From Polyangiales bacterium (GTDB lineage Bacteria > Myxococcota_A > Polyangia > Polyangiales > Ga0077539): DNA of 64,000 nt. The stretch is from NCBI GenBank assembly GCA_046351515.1, contig JAXLYJ010000005.1:120318-184317 (forward strand), in the 5' to 3' direction. Each line of letters opens with the position of its first letter. Position 1 is the first letter of the stretch. Below, piece by piece: positions 37,750 to 47,944 of the stretch. The notes under the pieces are model-generated. The model was not told where the DNA came from. It saw only the letters and a list, made by a program, of their open reading frames with translations, and made no database searches. The translations under genes were made by a program, and so were the position numbers.

Positions 37750-40700
37750 TCAGGGCTCGATTCGCGACCGCGTCCAATGCGCTCGCCCGCGGTCGAGCGC
37801 CGCCGCCAGCAGCCCGTTGCCCTCGGTGATCGCCGCGCGCAACGCGCGCTCTCGCCGGTCCAACGCGTCCGCAGCGCGTCCGAGCGCCTCGGCGATCGCT
37901 CCGTCGAGCGCCAACGCCATCGACTCGAAGCGCCTCGGACAGCGCTCGGCCCACACATGCATCCGCGCCGCCGTCGCGAGCACCGAGGCCATCGTCGACG
38001 CACGAGAGAGCCCGTGCTCTCCGCTCGCGCGCGCGTCGAGCATCGCTTGCAACCACCGTCGAACGATCGCGCTCACCATGCTCTCGTTCGCCACGCCCTC
38101 GTCGCCCGTCACCGTCGCGCGCGCGTCGTGCTCTCGCCCTTGCTCGAACAACAACAGCGCGCGCGCCGTTCGAGGAAGCGCCGAGAGCGCCTCTTCTCCG
38201 CCGCCGTGCACGAGCGCCCGCATCGGAGCCGCCCAACGAGACGCGTCCGCCAACCCTCGCTGCACGAGCACCGGCCACAGCCTCGCGATCAACGCCCGCA
38301 TGCTGTGCTCGTCGACGCCGCGAAGAAACGCGCTCTCGACCAGGGCGTCCGAGCACGCCACGATCCACGGCCGCTGATCGAGCATCGTCGCGCTCGTCAA
38401 CGCTCGCTCGAGCAGCGCCTCGCACTCGCTCGCGCTCGCCGCGCTCGAGAGGCACCGCTGCGCCACGACGAAGAGCACCGAGGTTCGCTCTGCGGTCGGC
38501 GTCGTCGCGTCGAGCGCAGCGAGCGCCGCGCGCCCCCACTCGTCAGGGTGAACCACGCCCATGAAATCAACTTGCGCCAGCGCCGCGCCCAAGATCGCGT
38601 ACAGCGCCGCGCGCGACCCGTCCGGCGCGTCGTTGGACCGAAGAAGCCCCGTCGCGGCGAGCCCCGCGGCCACGAGCGGCTCGCGGTGCAGCGCCCCTCG
38701 CGCCACCGCGATCAGCATTCGAAGCTCGTCCGCTCGCATCGCCCGCGGTAGCCCGAGCGGGCCGCGCCCGATCGAGACCTGCGCCGCCAGCGCCGCGACC
38801 GCTGCGTGCCCGAAGTCCATCGGAACGTCCGTCGTCCGCTGCGCGAGGGCGAGCGCGCCCCGAACGTCTCCGTCCTCGACGAGCGTCTCAGCGAGGATCG
38901 CCCGCGCTTCGCCGGCCGTGCTCTCTTCGCCGCTGTCCGCCGCTCGCTGCAGCGCGTGTCGCGCTTGCTCTCGATCGCCCGCGCGCAGCAACGCCTTGGC
39001 CGCGAGCAGCCACTGCTCGGCCGCGCGCGCGTCCGCTCCGGCTCGAGCCCAGTGCATCGCGAGCTCTTGGTGCTCGTGGCGCCCCGCCGCCTCCAGCGCG
39101 AGCGCGATGCGCTCGTGAGCGAGCGCCTTCGCTTCGGCGGGCATCGTGCGGAGCAGCCCGTCGCGCACGCGCTCGTGAAACGGCTCGACCACGTCGTCGA
39201 GCGTCGGGCCCGAGGTGCGCGCGAGCAGCGCCTTGCAGAGCACGGTCATCGCGTCCGGCGCGATTTGCTGGCCGAACGCCGCGTCGAACGCGACGCGCAC
39301 CCGCAGCGGCTGTCCCGCAACACAGATCACGTCGAGCAGCGTGCGCTCTTTCTCGGTGAGCGACTCGGCGCGGGCGCGGATCAACGCGTCCAAGCTCTGG
39401 CTCCGCGCGATCACGCCGAGCGATGCGTGCGACTCGACGAGCAGCTCGAGCAACCAGGGGCTGCCGGTGCTCCAGTCGACGATGCGCTCGATCCAGAGCT
39501 CGTCGTCGGCCGCCGAGCCCGCGCGCGCCACGAGCGCTTTGGCCAGCGCCCGCGCGTCGCTCGGGCTCATCGCGCCGACGTCGATCGTCGACTTCGAGAG
39601 CGCCGCGTGCACGTCTCGCTGTCGCGCGAGCTCGACGAGCGCCGCGCTCTCGGCCTCGAGGTCCGTGCGCGAGACCACGATCACCATCGCGCGCGCCGAG
39701 GGCTCGTCCCACAGCGTCGAGAGCATGCGCATCCCGTCGGCGTCGCCCCACTGCGCGTCGTCCACGACGAGCAAGCACGGACGCGCCGCGCTCAAGCGAA
39801 GCAGCAACGCGCGAAACGCTTGTTCTGCCTCGCGGTTGCGCTCGTCGATCGCGACGGGCGAGGGGTTTGTGCGAGCGACGCGCGCGACGATCGCTGATCG
39901 AGCCAGCACAGGGAAGAGCGCGCTCAGAGCGCCGATCGTGCTCGGGATCATCGGCTCGAGCTCTTCGCCGCGCAGCGTGAGCAGGTGCTTCACGAGCGCG
40001 TCGATCACTCCGTCCACGGTCTTGTACGGAACGGTCTCGTGCTCGAAGCACCGCCCGCGCAGCACGATCGCGCGCGCGGCGTCGACGCGGGTTCGGATGA
40101 AGTGGTCGACGAGGGCGGTCTTTCCCTCGCCGGTCGCGCCGCGCACGACGCACAGGGCGCTGCGTCCTTCGCCCGTCGCGCGCCAGCACGCCGAGAGCTC
40201 TTCGATGAACGCCGCGCGACCGACGAACGGCTTTCTCGCGCGATCATCGGGGTCGACCGCCACCATCTCGACGCTCTTCGCCTTGCGAAGGCCGTCGATG
40301 ATCGCCGCTGCCGGCGGACGAAGCGTCGGCTGAAGTTGCAGCAACGCCACGCACAGCGCGTCGAGGTCCGCTGGCATCGACGCGTTGATCAAGCGCGGCG
40401 CGAGCGGGACGGTGTTCACTTTGTTCGCGAGGATCTTCGAAGGAGCGCCCTCGTGGGGCAGTCGTCCGGTCGCGACTTGATAGAGCATGACGCCGACCGC
40501 GTACCAGTCGCACGCCGCGGTGAGCGGCTCGCCGGTGACTTGCTCGGGGGCCATGTACGGGACCGTTCCCGTGACGATCTCGTCCGAGAGGTTGGCGCGC
40601 GCGGCGTCGAAGCGAATCGCGTTGTCGAAGTGAGCGGGGTCGATCGGCGCGAGCTCGTCGGTGCGCTCGAGCTCGGCGACGAGCCCGAAGTCGAGCACGA

Positions 40701-41319
40701 CGACGCTTCCATCGGGGCGCACGAGCACGTTGGAAGGCTTGAGGTCTCGGTGCAGTCGATTCGCGTCGTGCAGCGCGCGCACCGCGGACGCGAGCTGCGC
40801 GAAGGTCCTTCGCACTCTGCGCCAGTCCACCTGCGACCAGTCGAACATGTCCGTCACGGACGACGGCCGCGCGACGGCGCCTTGCGCTCCCACGCGGTGA
40901 TTCGCGGTCACGGCTTCCACCGCGGGATCGCTCTCGGTCTTCGCCTCGAGGTCCGCGTTGGTCATCACGACGTCGAGCGCGACGCCGCTCGCGACCTTCG
41001 AGGGCGGACGAAGATAGCGCGCGAGGTCCGTGCCCTCGACGAGCTGCATCGTGAAGAACCACTGATCGCCGGTCGAGACGAGCTCGTACAGCGGAACGAG
41101 GTTGGGATGAACGATGTCCGCGAGCGCGCGAAACTCACGCTTGAAGCGAAAGATCGCCGTCGGATCGGGCTGCGTGATGCTCTTGAGGGCGACCGTGGTT
41201 CCGCGCTCGCAGTCGAGCGCCTCGTACACGATCCCCATCCCCCCTTCGCCAATGCGTCGCACGATCTCGAAGCGACCCGCGAGCAGCGAACCGTTTGGAT
41301 AAACAGGCGGTGGAGACAC
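37750..41319 (-). CDS. Ser/Thr protein kinase fused to an AAA/STAND ATPase and helical-repeat region
   Basis: 1189 aa. GEGGMGIVY..ALKS, HRDLKPSNV, DFG and YMAPE, then the P-loop GATGEGKTAL and a long alpha-helical (TPR-like) C-terminus. Confidence 0.85.
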   Translation of the reverse strand: MSPPPVYPNGSLLAGRFEIVRRIGEGGMGIVYEALDCERGTTVALKSITQPDPTAIFRFKREFRALADIVHPNLVPLYELVSTGDQWFFTMQLVEGTDLARYLRPPSKVASGVALDVVMTNADLEAKTESDPAVEAVTANHRVGAQGAVARPSSVTDMFDWSQVDWRRVRRTFAQLASAVRALHDANRLHRDLKPSNVLVRPDGSVVVLDFGLVAELERTDELAPIDPAHFDNAIRFDAARANLSDEIVTGTVPYMAPEQVTGEPLTAACDWYAVGVMLYQVATGRLPHEGAPSKILANKVNTVPLAPRLINASMPADLDALCVALLQLQPTLRPPAAAIIDGLRKAKSVEMVAVDPDDRARKPFVGRAAFIEELSACWRATGEGRSALCVVRGATGEGKTALVDHFIRTRVDAARAIVLRGRCFEHETVPYKTVDGVIDALVKHLLTLRGEELEPMIPSTIGALSALFPVLARSAIVARVARTNPSPVAIDERNREAEQAFRALLLRLSAARPCLLVVDDAQWGDADGMRMLSTLWDEPSARAMVIVVSRTDLEAESAALVELARQRDVHAALSKSTIDVGAMSPSDARALAKALVARAGSAADDELWIERIVDWSTGSPWLLELLVESHASLGVIARSQSLDALIRARAESLTEKERTLLDVICVAGQPLRVRVAFDAAFGQQIAPDAMTVLCKALLARTSGPTLDDVVEPFHERVRDGLLRTMPAEAKALAHERIALALEAAGRHEHQELAMHWARAGADARAAEQWLLAAKALLRAGDREQARHALQRAADSGEESTAGEARAILAETLVEDGDVRGALALAQRTTDVPMDFGHAAVAALAAQVSIGRGPLGLPRAMRADELRMLIAVARGALHREPLVAAGLAATGLLRSNDAPDGSRAALYAILGAALAQVDFMGVVHPDEWGRAALAALDATTPTAERTSVLFVVAQRCLSSAASASECEALLERALTSATMLDQRPWIVACSDALVESAFLRGVDEHSMRALIARLWPVLVQRGLADASRWAAPMRALVHGGGEEALSALPRTARALLLFEQGREHDARATVTGDEGVANESMVSAIVRRWLQAMLDARASGEHGLSRASTMASVLATAARMHVWAERCPRRFESMALALDGAIAEALGRAADALDRRERALRAAITEGNGLLAAALDRGRAHWTRSRIEP

Positions 41320-41391
41320 GTAAGAACTCGGTGGTTCTATACCGCCTCGCCGCGCTTCACGCTCGTCGCGATCGCGCGTTCGCCTGCAGAT

Positions 41392-42771
41392 TCACTCTGC
41401 AACGATGCGAAACTCGACGCGCCGATTCTGCGCGCGCGCGTCGCGGAGTGCGCGTCCGCGAATGCCGTCCACCGGTCGCAGCGGTCGCGTCTCGCCGAAG
41501 CCCTGCGCGCGAAGGCGCGAGGCCTCCACGCCGTGCGCGTGGATGTACTCCACGACGCTCCACGCGCGGCGCTGCGAGAGGTTCTGGTTGCGCTCGTCGT
41601 TGCCGACGTCGTCGGTGTGTCCCTCGACGCTCACGCGACGGATCTCGGGCGACGCGCGAATCGCGTCCACCACTGCGTCGAGGACTGGAAAGCTCCTGCG
41701 CAAAATCGTGTCGCGGTTGGTGGCGAAGTACACGGGCGCGAGGATCTGGATCATCCCGTTCTGCACGCGAACGAGCCCAGGGCAGCCGTTGCGATTGGGG
41801 TCGGGGCTCGGAGAGCCAGGCTGATCGGGGCAGTGATCGGTCGCGTCGGGGACCGAGTCGTTGTCGCGATCGGCGATCGGGCACCCAGGCCGCGCGGGGT
41901 CCGGGCGCTCTCCTTGCGGAACGTCCCTGCACTGGTCCTGCGCGTTGAGCACGGTGTCGCTGTCCGCGTCGCCGTCGGGGCATCCGCGACGCGCGGGATC
42001 GGGGTGCTCGCCCTGCGGCTCGTTCACGCACTGGTCGTCGGGATCGAGCACGCCGTCGCGATCGGCGTCGCCGATGGGGCATCCGCGACGCGCGGGATCG
42101 GGCCGCGCGCCTTGCGGAACCGTCGGGCACTGATCATCGGGGTCCATCACCGTGTCGCCGTCGGTGTCCGTCGGCTGCGTCGGTTGCGGAACCACCGGCG
42201 CCGCTTCTGCCGCAGGAACTCTCAGCGAAAACGAGACGCCCGCGCTCCAGTACATCGCGTCCTGCGGGTGCAGGTTCTGCGGGTCCTGCGTGACGTGATG
42301 ATAGCGAGCGAACGGGCCGATCCCGAGAAACCGCGCCGCTTGAAACTCGAAGCCGAGCCCCGCGTCCAGGCCGAACCGGCGATCGTCGCCGGTGAGAAAG
42401 AAGCCGAAGTTGCCATCGACCCAGAGGCGACCGACGCGGCCGATCATGGGCTCGAGTCGCAGCCCTCCTTGCAGCGCGAGCGTGCGACCCATCTCGAGGT
42501 TCGCGCGCGAGCTGAAGAAGAATCCGTTGCTCAGCGAGAGCTGCACCGAGAGCAGGTCGATGATGTTGAACGCGAGCCGCGCGTTCGCTTGAACGTGCGC
42601 CGAGTCGTAGCCGAGCACCGTGCGCTGGTGCTCGGAGATCATCGTTCCTGCGCCGAGCTCGCCGCGCAGGGCGAAGCGTTGAAGCACTTGCGCGTGCGCG
42701 CTGTGCGCAGAGAAGACAGCAGCCAGGAGCACCGGCGCTGCGACAGAGGCCTTGCGAATGGAAGAAGACAT
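41392..42771 (-). CDS. OmpA-family outer-membrane protein with thrombospondin type-3 repeats
   Basis: Signal peptide, an N-terminal beta-barrel-like region, and four DxDxDG/CP TSP3-like repeats (DTDGDTVMDPDDQCP..). The C-terminal OmpA domain has FATNRD..GHTDDVG..NLSQRRA. Confidence 0.85.
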   Translation of the reverse strand: MSSSIRKASVAAPVLLAAVFSAHSAHAQVLQRFALRGELGAGTMISEHQRTVLGYDSAHVQANARLAFNIIDLLSVQLSLSNGFFFSSRANLEMGRTLALQGGLRLEPMIGRVGRLWVDGNFGFFLTGDDRRFGLDAGLGFEFQAARFLGIGPFARYHHVTQDPQNLHPQDAMYWSAGVSFSLRVPAAEAAPVVPQPTQPTDTDGDTVMDPDDQCPTVPQGARPDPARRGCPIGDADRDGVLDPDDQCVNEPQGEHPDPARRGCPDGDADSDTVLNAQDQCRDVPQGERPDPARPGCPIADRDNDSVPDATDHCPDQPGSPSPDPNRNGCPGLVRVQNGMIQILAPVYFATNRDTILRRSFPVLDAVVDAIRASPEIRRVSVEGHTDDVGNDERNQNLSQRRAWSVVEYIHAHGVEASRLRAQGFGETRPLRPVDGIRGRALRDARAQNRRVEFRIVAE

Positions 42772-42792
42772 CAGTGACTCACCGCGCTCGGA

Positions 42793-45204
42793 TCAGAAAG
42801 TGAACGTGCCGAGGTACGACGGCGACGATGTGGTGCACGTTTGATTTCCGGTGCTCGCGGTGTACGTCCGCGTGAACGTGCGGACCGTGCTGGCGCCGCG
42901 CACGACGTTGACCGTCACCGTGTTGCTCCCGGTGATCGAGTACGGAACCGCGCACACCAGATACGGACCCGACGCCGCTCCCGTGGACCAGAACACGTTC
43001 TCGGGGCCCGTTCCCGTCGTGTCGTCGCGGTCCAGCGTCCCGCCGCACGCCGTGCGATTCGAGTAGTAGATCTCCGTCCCGCACGGCGGAACAATGTGCA
43101 AATCGACGTCCCCCGCGGTCGTCCACGTCGCCGTGAACCGCAGCTGTCCCGTCCCGATGCACGCGCCCATCACGCACGTTTGATCCACGGCGCACGTGCG
43201 CCCGCACGCGCCGCAGTTGCGCACGTCGTTCTGCGAGTCCACGCACGTCGTGCCGCACAGGATCTGCCCCGCAGGGCACTGGCACACGCCCGTCACGCAC
43301 GACTGTCCTGCCAGGCACGCGCGTCCGCACGCGCCGCAGTTGCGCACGTCCGTCGCCGTCGTCGTGCACACGCCCGCGCAGAGCGACTGCCCCGCGGGGC
43401 ACTGGCACGTCCCGCCGACGCACGACTGTCCGCCAGAGCAAACGTTGCCGCACATCCCGCAGTTCGAGTTGTTGCTCGCGAGCGTCACTTCGCAGCCGTT
43501 AGCCACGTTGCGATCGCAGTCCGCGAAGCCCGCGTTGCACGCGCCGATCCCGCACATCCCCACGGAGCAGCCCGAGCTCGCGTTGGGCAACGACGCGCAC
43601 ACGCGCCCGCACGCGCCGCAGTTGCGCGGGTCGTTCGCGATGTTGGTCTCACACCCGTCCGCGGGGTTCATGTTGCAGTCCGCGAAGCCCGCGTTGCACG
43701 CGCCGATGCCGCAGGTGCCGCCCATGCATCCCGCGGTCGCGTTCGCCGGACGCGCGCACGGAGCGTTGCACGCGCCGCAGTGATTCACGTTGGTGTCCGT
43801 GTTGACCTCGCACCCGTCCGCGGAGTTCATGTTGCAGTCCGCCAGCGGCCTCGCGCACATGCCCACGCCGCACACGCCCATGTTGCACGCCGCGCCTCCG
43901 CCCGGCGGAACAGGGCAAGAGTTTCCGCAGCGCCCGCAGTGATCGATGTCCGTGTTGATGTTGGTCTCGCACCCGTTCAGCGGGTTTCCGTCGCAGTCCG
44001 AGAAGCCCGGATTGCAGCGCACCAATCGACACGCGCCCGAAGTGCAGTCGCTCGTCGCGTTGGCCAGGTTGCACAGCCGTCCGCACGCGCCGCAGTGATT
44101 GACGCTCGTGCGCGTGTCGACCTCGCAGCCGTCCGCCGCGTTCATGTTGCAGTCCGCGAAGCCCGCGTTGCACGCGCCGATGCCGCACGTCCCGTTGCTG
44201 CAACCCGGCGTGCTGTTCGCGAGGATGCCGCACACGCGCGAGCAGCCGCCGCAGTTGTTGACGTCGCTGCGCGTGTTGACCTCGCAGCCGTTCGCGTCGT
44301 TGTTGTCGCAGTTGGCGAAGCCCATGTTGCACGCGGCGACGTTGCACACGCCCATCGCGCAGCCCGCCGTTCCGTTGGCGACCATGCACACGTTGCCGCA
44401 GCGACCGCAGCTGCTCACGGTGTTGCGAACGTCGACCTCGCACCCGTCGTTCGCGTTCATGTTGCAGTCGGCGAACCCGTCGTTGCAGCGAAAGCCGCAG
44501 GCGCCATCGGCGCACGTCGCCGTCGCGTTCGCGGGCGCCGAGCAGGGGTTTCCGCAGCGACCGCAGTGGTTCACGGACGACTGGGTGTCCGTCTCGCAGC
44601 CGTTCATCGCGTTGCTGTCGCAGTCACCGAAGCTGCCCGAGCACCGCCCGACCGCGCATCGGCCCATCGTGCACGTGGGCTCGGCGTTGGGGACGTTGCA
44701 CGCCATTCCGCAGCCGCCGCAGTTGGCTGGATTGGTGTTCGTGTCGATGCACGCGTCGGTGCAGCACATCTGCCCCATCGGGCACGGCTGCGTCGGAGAG
44801 CAGCCCGTCACGCAGCGATTGCCTCGACACAGATTGCCCGCGGGACAGTGCATGTCCGTCACGCAGACCACGCACGTGTGCGTCATCAAGTTGCAGCGCG
44901 GCGTGTCTCCCGAGCACGCTTCGTCCCGCGAACATCCCGGCGCGCACTGCCCCGTGCGCGTGTCGCAGAACTGATCGGCGCGGCACTGCATGTCCGACGT
45001 GCAGCCGGGGCGCGCGTCGGGCGGCATCGTCACGTCCGCTGCGTCCATGGACATCGTCGAGTCCATGTTGGACCCGCCGTCGTCTTCGATCGGGCCCCCG
45101 AGGACCGAGCGACCGACGGTGCAGCCAGTGGCAGTCGAGAGCAAAGCAACCGCGCATGCAGCGAACGCCGCGCTGCGCATTCGAATCAAGGGTCGAGGCA
45201 TCAT
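42793..45204 (-). CDS. Cys-rich-repeat lipoprotein (Myxococcus-type repeats) with a C-terminal DUF2135/YfaP-like domain
   Basis: Lipobox LLSTATGC. About 11 tandem ~40-aa units of the form C..G.C....C..GFADCN.N..DGCE........CG.CG..C. The C-terminus DVDLHIVPPCGTEIYYSNRTACGGTLDRDDTTGTGPENVFW resembles DUF2135. Confidence 0.8.
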   Translation of the reverse strand: MMPRPLIRMRSAAFAACAVALLSTATGCTVGRSVLGGPIEDDGGSNMDSTMSMDAADVTMPPDARPGCTSDMQCRADQFCDTRTGQCAPGCSRDEACSGDTPRCNLMTHTCVVCVTDMHCPAGNLCRGNRCVTGCSPTQPCPMGQMCCTDACIDTNTNPANCGGCGMACNVPNAEPTCTMGRCAVGRCSGSFGDCDSNAMNGCETDTQSSVNHCGRCGNPCSAPANATATCADGACGFRCNDGFADCNMNANDGCEVDVRNTVSSCGRCGNVCMVANGTAGCAMGVCNVAACNMGFANCDNNDANGCEVNTRSDVNNCGGCSRVCGILANSTPGCSNGTCGIGACNAGFADCNMNAADGCEVDTRTSVNHCGACGRLCNLANATSDCTSGACRLVRCNPGFSDCDGNPLNGCETNINTDIDHCGRCGNSCPVPPGGGAACNMGVCGVGMCARPLADCNMNSADGCEVNTDTNVNHCGACNAPCARPANATAGCMGGTCGIGACNAGFADCNMNPADGCETNIANDPRNCGACGRVCASLPNASSGCSVGMCGIGACNAGFADCDRNVANGCEVTLASNNSNCGMCGNVCSGGQSCVGGTCQCPAGQSLCAGVCTTTATDVRNCGACGRACLAGQSCVTGVCQCPAGQILCGTTCVDSQNDVRNCGACGRTCAVDQTCVMGACIGTGQLRFTATWTTAGDVDLHIVPPCGTEIYYSNRTACGGTLDRDDTTGTGPENVFWSTGAASGPYLVCAVPYSITGSNTVTVNVVRGASTVRTFTRTYTASTGNQTCTTSSPSYLGTFTF

Positions 45205-45217
45205 CGCGTGACGATTG

Positions 45218-47155
45218 TCACACGCGAAGAATCAACTCGGCTAGCGCGCCCTGAAACGGCGGAACGTCACGACACACGCCTCCGGTGCACAACCGCCCGC
45301 CCGCTGTCATCCCGCCGAACACCCGCAGCACGTTGCCCGGCGTGAACATCCAGCGCACTTCGCCGCCCGGAAACACGGTCGGCGGCGCCGTTCCGTCCGT
45401 CGGCTGCCCGTTCAAGAACTTGCCGGCGTTGGTCGTGTCGACGCGAAATAGACCGGAAATTTGCAGGCGATCTTGATACGAGTAGCTCGCCACCACGCCG
45501 CCACGAAAGAACGTGTAGTACCCCGCGCGCGTCCCCATGTCGTCGATGAGAAAGTCGTCCCATCGAGTCTCGATGCGGCCGTCGACCTTCACGTCGAGCG
45601 CGTGGTTGGGCGCGAGCGGAAACGCCACGTCGATGTCCGCGTGCGCGATGTGCCAGTCCGGCGCGTACGCGTCGCGGCATCCATCCCGCACGTTTCCTGT
45701 GCGACAGCCGGGGCCGCGGCGGTTTCCGATGAACTCCATGCGATAGCCAGCGTTGGCGACGAGCAGCCACGACGAGCCCGCCGGGCGCGCCGCGCTCGCC
45801 CCAGCCGTGCCGACGGTGGTGGGCGTAGCGTAGTCCGCTCCGTCGACGTTGCGTCGAAGCGTGAGGTATCCGTGCGCGACGCCGAAGCCCGACGGATCCC
45901 AAGGATCCGGTCCGTTGCTCTCGGTGAAGCCCGAGCCGACGAGCGTGAGTCCGCCGACCCACGGGCTCGGTCGAAACGCGTACTCCAAACGCGCGAGCGC
46001 GCCGCGCGTGTTCGAGTTCGAGCGAAACTGCACGTCTTCGCGCTCGAGCGGCGGAGCGTTGTTGTAGATGCGCCTCAGCGCCGCGCCGCCGCCGTCGGGC
46101 GAGAGCAAGAAGTTCACGTAGTCTTTGAACTCGACCTGCGCCGAGAGGTTTCCCACGTTGATCTGCGCGCTGAGATAAATCGCGCGACCGAACTGCAGCG
46201 GGCTGCGTCGCAGGTCTGCGCGCTGCACGTCGCCGTTGACCGTGCGCGTCGTGTATTCGTTGGTGGTGCGGCGAAGACCGACGACCTCACCGTAGAGCGA
46301 GAGCGCGCCGTCGAGCAGCGAGGGCACGGCCATGCGGTAGCCAAACGTGTCGACGAAGGCTTCGCCTGCCATGCTCTGCGGGTAGTGCACGCGCGCGGCG
46401 GCGAGTCCCGCTTCGACTTCGTTGTTCTCTCCGAGGCGCGCGAGGATGTCGAACGCGCCCATGCGATCGACGCCGCCGAGAAAATCGGGAGCGGTGCGCG
46501 CTGAGGCGTTTCCCAAGGCGATCGCGTCGCCGTAGTCGTGCACCGTGACGAGCGTGAGCGGATCGAGGTTCTGCGGGTTGAGGTAGCCCATCATTCCGCG
46601 GACGGTGAAGCGCTCGAGCTCGGCTTGCACGTTGGCGCCGCGCACGGTGGTGTCGGTCCCGAGCGGGTCGACCTTGCGCAGCGAGAGCACGAGCCCGCGG
46701 CCGATGGCTGCGTAGAAGTCGCCGATGTCGAAGCTGACGGTGTCGCCCGTGTACGACAGCGCGACGCGCTCGAGGCGCACGTCCCAGTGCAGCTGCCCCG
46801 TGCACGTGGGCATCGCCATCGCGCCCGTGTAGCAAAAGGTCGGCGCGAGCGTGGCGCCCATCGCGTTGCGCGGCGCGAGCAGCCCCGGAAGAAACGCGTC
46901 GAGCCGCACCTGCAAGCGCCACGGAGGCGCGGTGAACTGCGAGTCGAATCGCTCGGTAAACGACAGGAGATTGTCGTCCTCGGTGTTCGCGTCGAAGTTC
47001 GAGCGTCGCCAGGTGAGCAGGCTCGTGTTGGTGAACGTGAACGACGTCGGGCCGAGGCCCGGCAGTCGAAAGTTCACTTGTGCGTCCGCGGTGGACGCGA
47101 CCCCCATGATGGACGCGGCGGACAGAGCAGCGAGCGCGATGCGGCGAAGAGTCAC
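45218..47155 (-). CDS. putative outer-membrane beta-barrel protein
   Basis: GTG start; signal peptide ending ADAQ. 645 aa with alternating beta-strand-like segments and a C-terminal ..LAELILRV. Its stop is 13 nt before the next gene. Confidence 0.6.
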   Translation of the reverse strand: MTLRRIALAALSAASIMGVASTADAQVNFRLPGLGPTSFTFTNTSLLTWRRSNFDANTEDDNLLSFTERFDSQFTAPPWRLQVRLDAFLPGLLAPRNAMGATLAPTFCYTGAMAMPTCTGQLHWDVRLERVALSYTGDTVSFDIGDFYAAIGRGLVLSLRKVDPLGTDTTVRGANVQAELERFTVRGMMGYLNPQNLDPLTLVTVHDYGDAIALGNASARTAPDFLGGVDRMGAFDILARLGENNEVEAGLAAARVHYPQSMAGEAFVDTFGYRMAVPSLLDGALSLYGEVVGLRRTTNEYTTRTVNGDVQRADLRRSPLQFGRAIYLSAQINVGNLSAQVEFKDYVNFLLSPDGGGAALRRIYNNAPPLEREDVQFRSNSNTRGALARLEYAFRPSPWVGGLTLVGSGFTESNGPDPWDPSGFGVAHGYLTLRRNVDGADYATPTTVGTAGASAARPAGSSWLLVANAGYRMEFIGNRRGPGCRTGNVRDGCRDAYAPDWHIAHADIDVAFPLAPNHALDVKVDGRIETRWDDFLIDDMGTRAGYYTFFRGGVVASYSYQDRLQISGLFRVDTTNAGKFLNGQPTDGTAPPTVFPGGEVRWMFTPGNVLRVFGGMTAGGRLCTGGVCRDVPPFQGALAELILRV

Positions 47156-47195
47156 GGCAGGAGCGAACCTACCGCGTTCTTCGCGGCGACTGCAG

Positions 47196-47825
47196 CTACT
47201 GCAACAACCCGTCGATCTGGTCCTTGAGCGCCTGCAGACCCTGGCTCGTTCCGTACTCGCGGAACTGAATCACGCCGTTGCGGTCGACGATCATGTTCGC
47301 GGGGAAGGCCATGTTCGGGAAGTACCGCTGCGTGAGGCCCATCGGGTCGTAGACCATGTGGCTCTCGAGCGAGTAGCGGTTCTTCCACTGCATGCACTCC
47401 GCAGCGGTGGGCGCCACGCGGCTGACGTTCTGCCCGTAGACGGTCACGACGCGCACGCGGCCCTGGTAGCGCGCGATGATCTCGTCTTGCATCTGCGCCG
47501 CTTCCATCTGGCACGGGACGCACCAGCCAGCAGAGATCACCACGAGCGTGAGCTGGTTCGAGCAGTACGCCGTCTCGTAGAAGTTGAAGTTGCCCGAGCC
47601 GTCGCAGTACGGCAGCTGCAGCGACGCGAACTGGCAGCCCTGCATCGTGCACTCGTTGGTGAGCCGCGGCGGGGTGCACGCGGGCGTCGAGCTATCGGCG
47701 TTGCTCGAGGCGTCGGGGGTCATCGACGAGGCGTCGTCCTGCGGCTGAACCGCGGGCGGCGCGCAACCAACACCGACGGCAGCGCTGAGCGCGGCGCCGG
47801 CGAACATCAAACGGAGGGTCTTCAT
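47196..47825 (-). CDS. TlpA-like thiol:disulfide oxidoreductase lipoprotein
   Basis: MKTLRLMFAGAALSAAVGVGC lipobox. WCVPC active site in a thioredoxin-fold context. Confidence 0.8.
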   Translation of the reverse strand: MKTLRLMFAGAALSAAVGVGCAPPAVQPQDDASSMTPDASSNADSSTPACTPPRLTNECTMQGCQFASLQLPYCDGSGNFNFYETAYCSNQLTLVVISAGWCVPCQMEAAQMQDEIIARYQGRVRVVTVYGQNVSRVAPTAAECMQWKNRYSLESHMVYDPMGLTQRYFPNMAFPANMIVDRNGVIQFREYGTSQGLQALKDQIDGLLQ

Positions 47826-47944
47826 GGGGGGGTGGCGTCCTTCGCAGAGAGGGAGGAGGAGAGTGTACCGCGACAAGTGCGGGCGCGATCAATGCCCGCG
47901 GTCCATACGTCGGTGTGAAGCGGGTTGATACGGTGGGCGCGAAA

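Noticed and set aside
39985-45345. Plus-strand ORFs 39985..42777 (930 aa) and 42841..45345 (834 aa)
   Set aside because: They are antisense to the kinase-STAND, OmpA and Cys-repeat genes. The second simply mirrors the repeat periodicity of the real gene.
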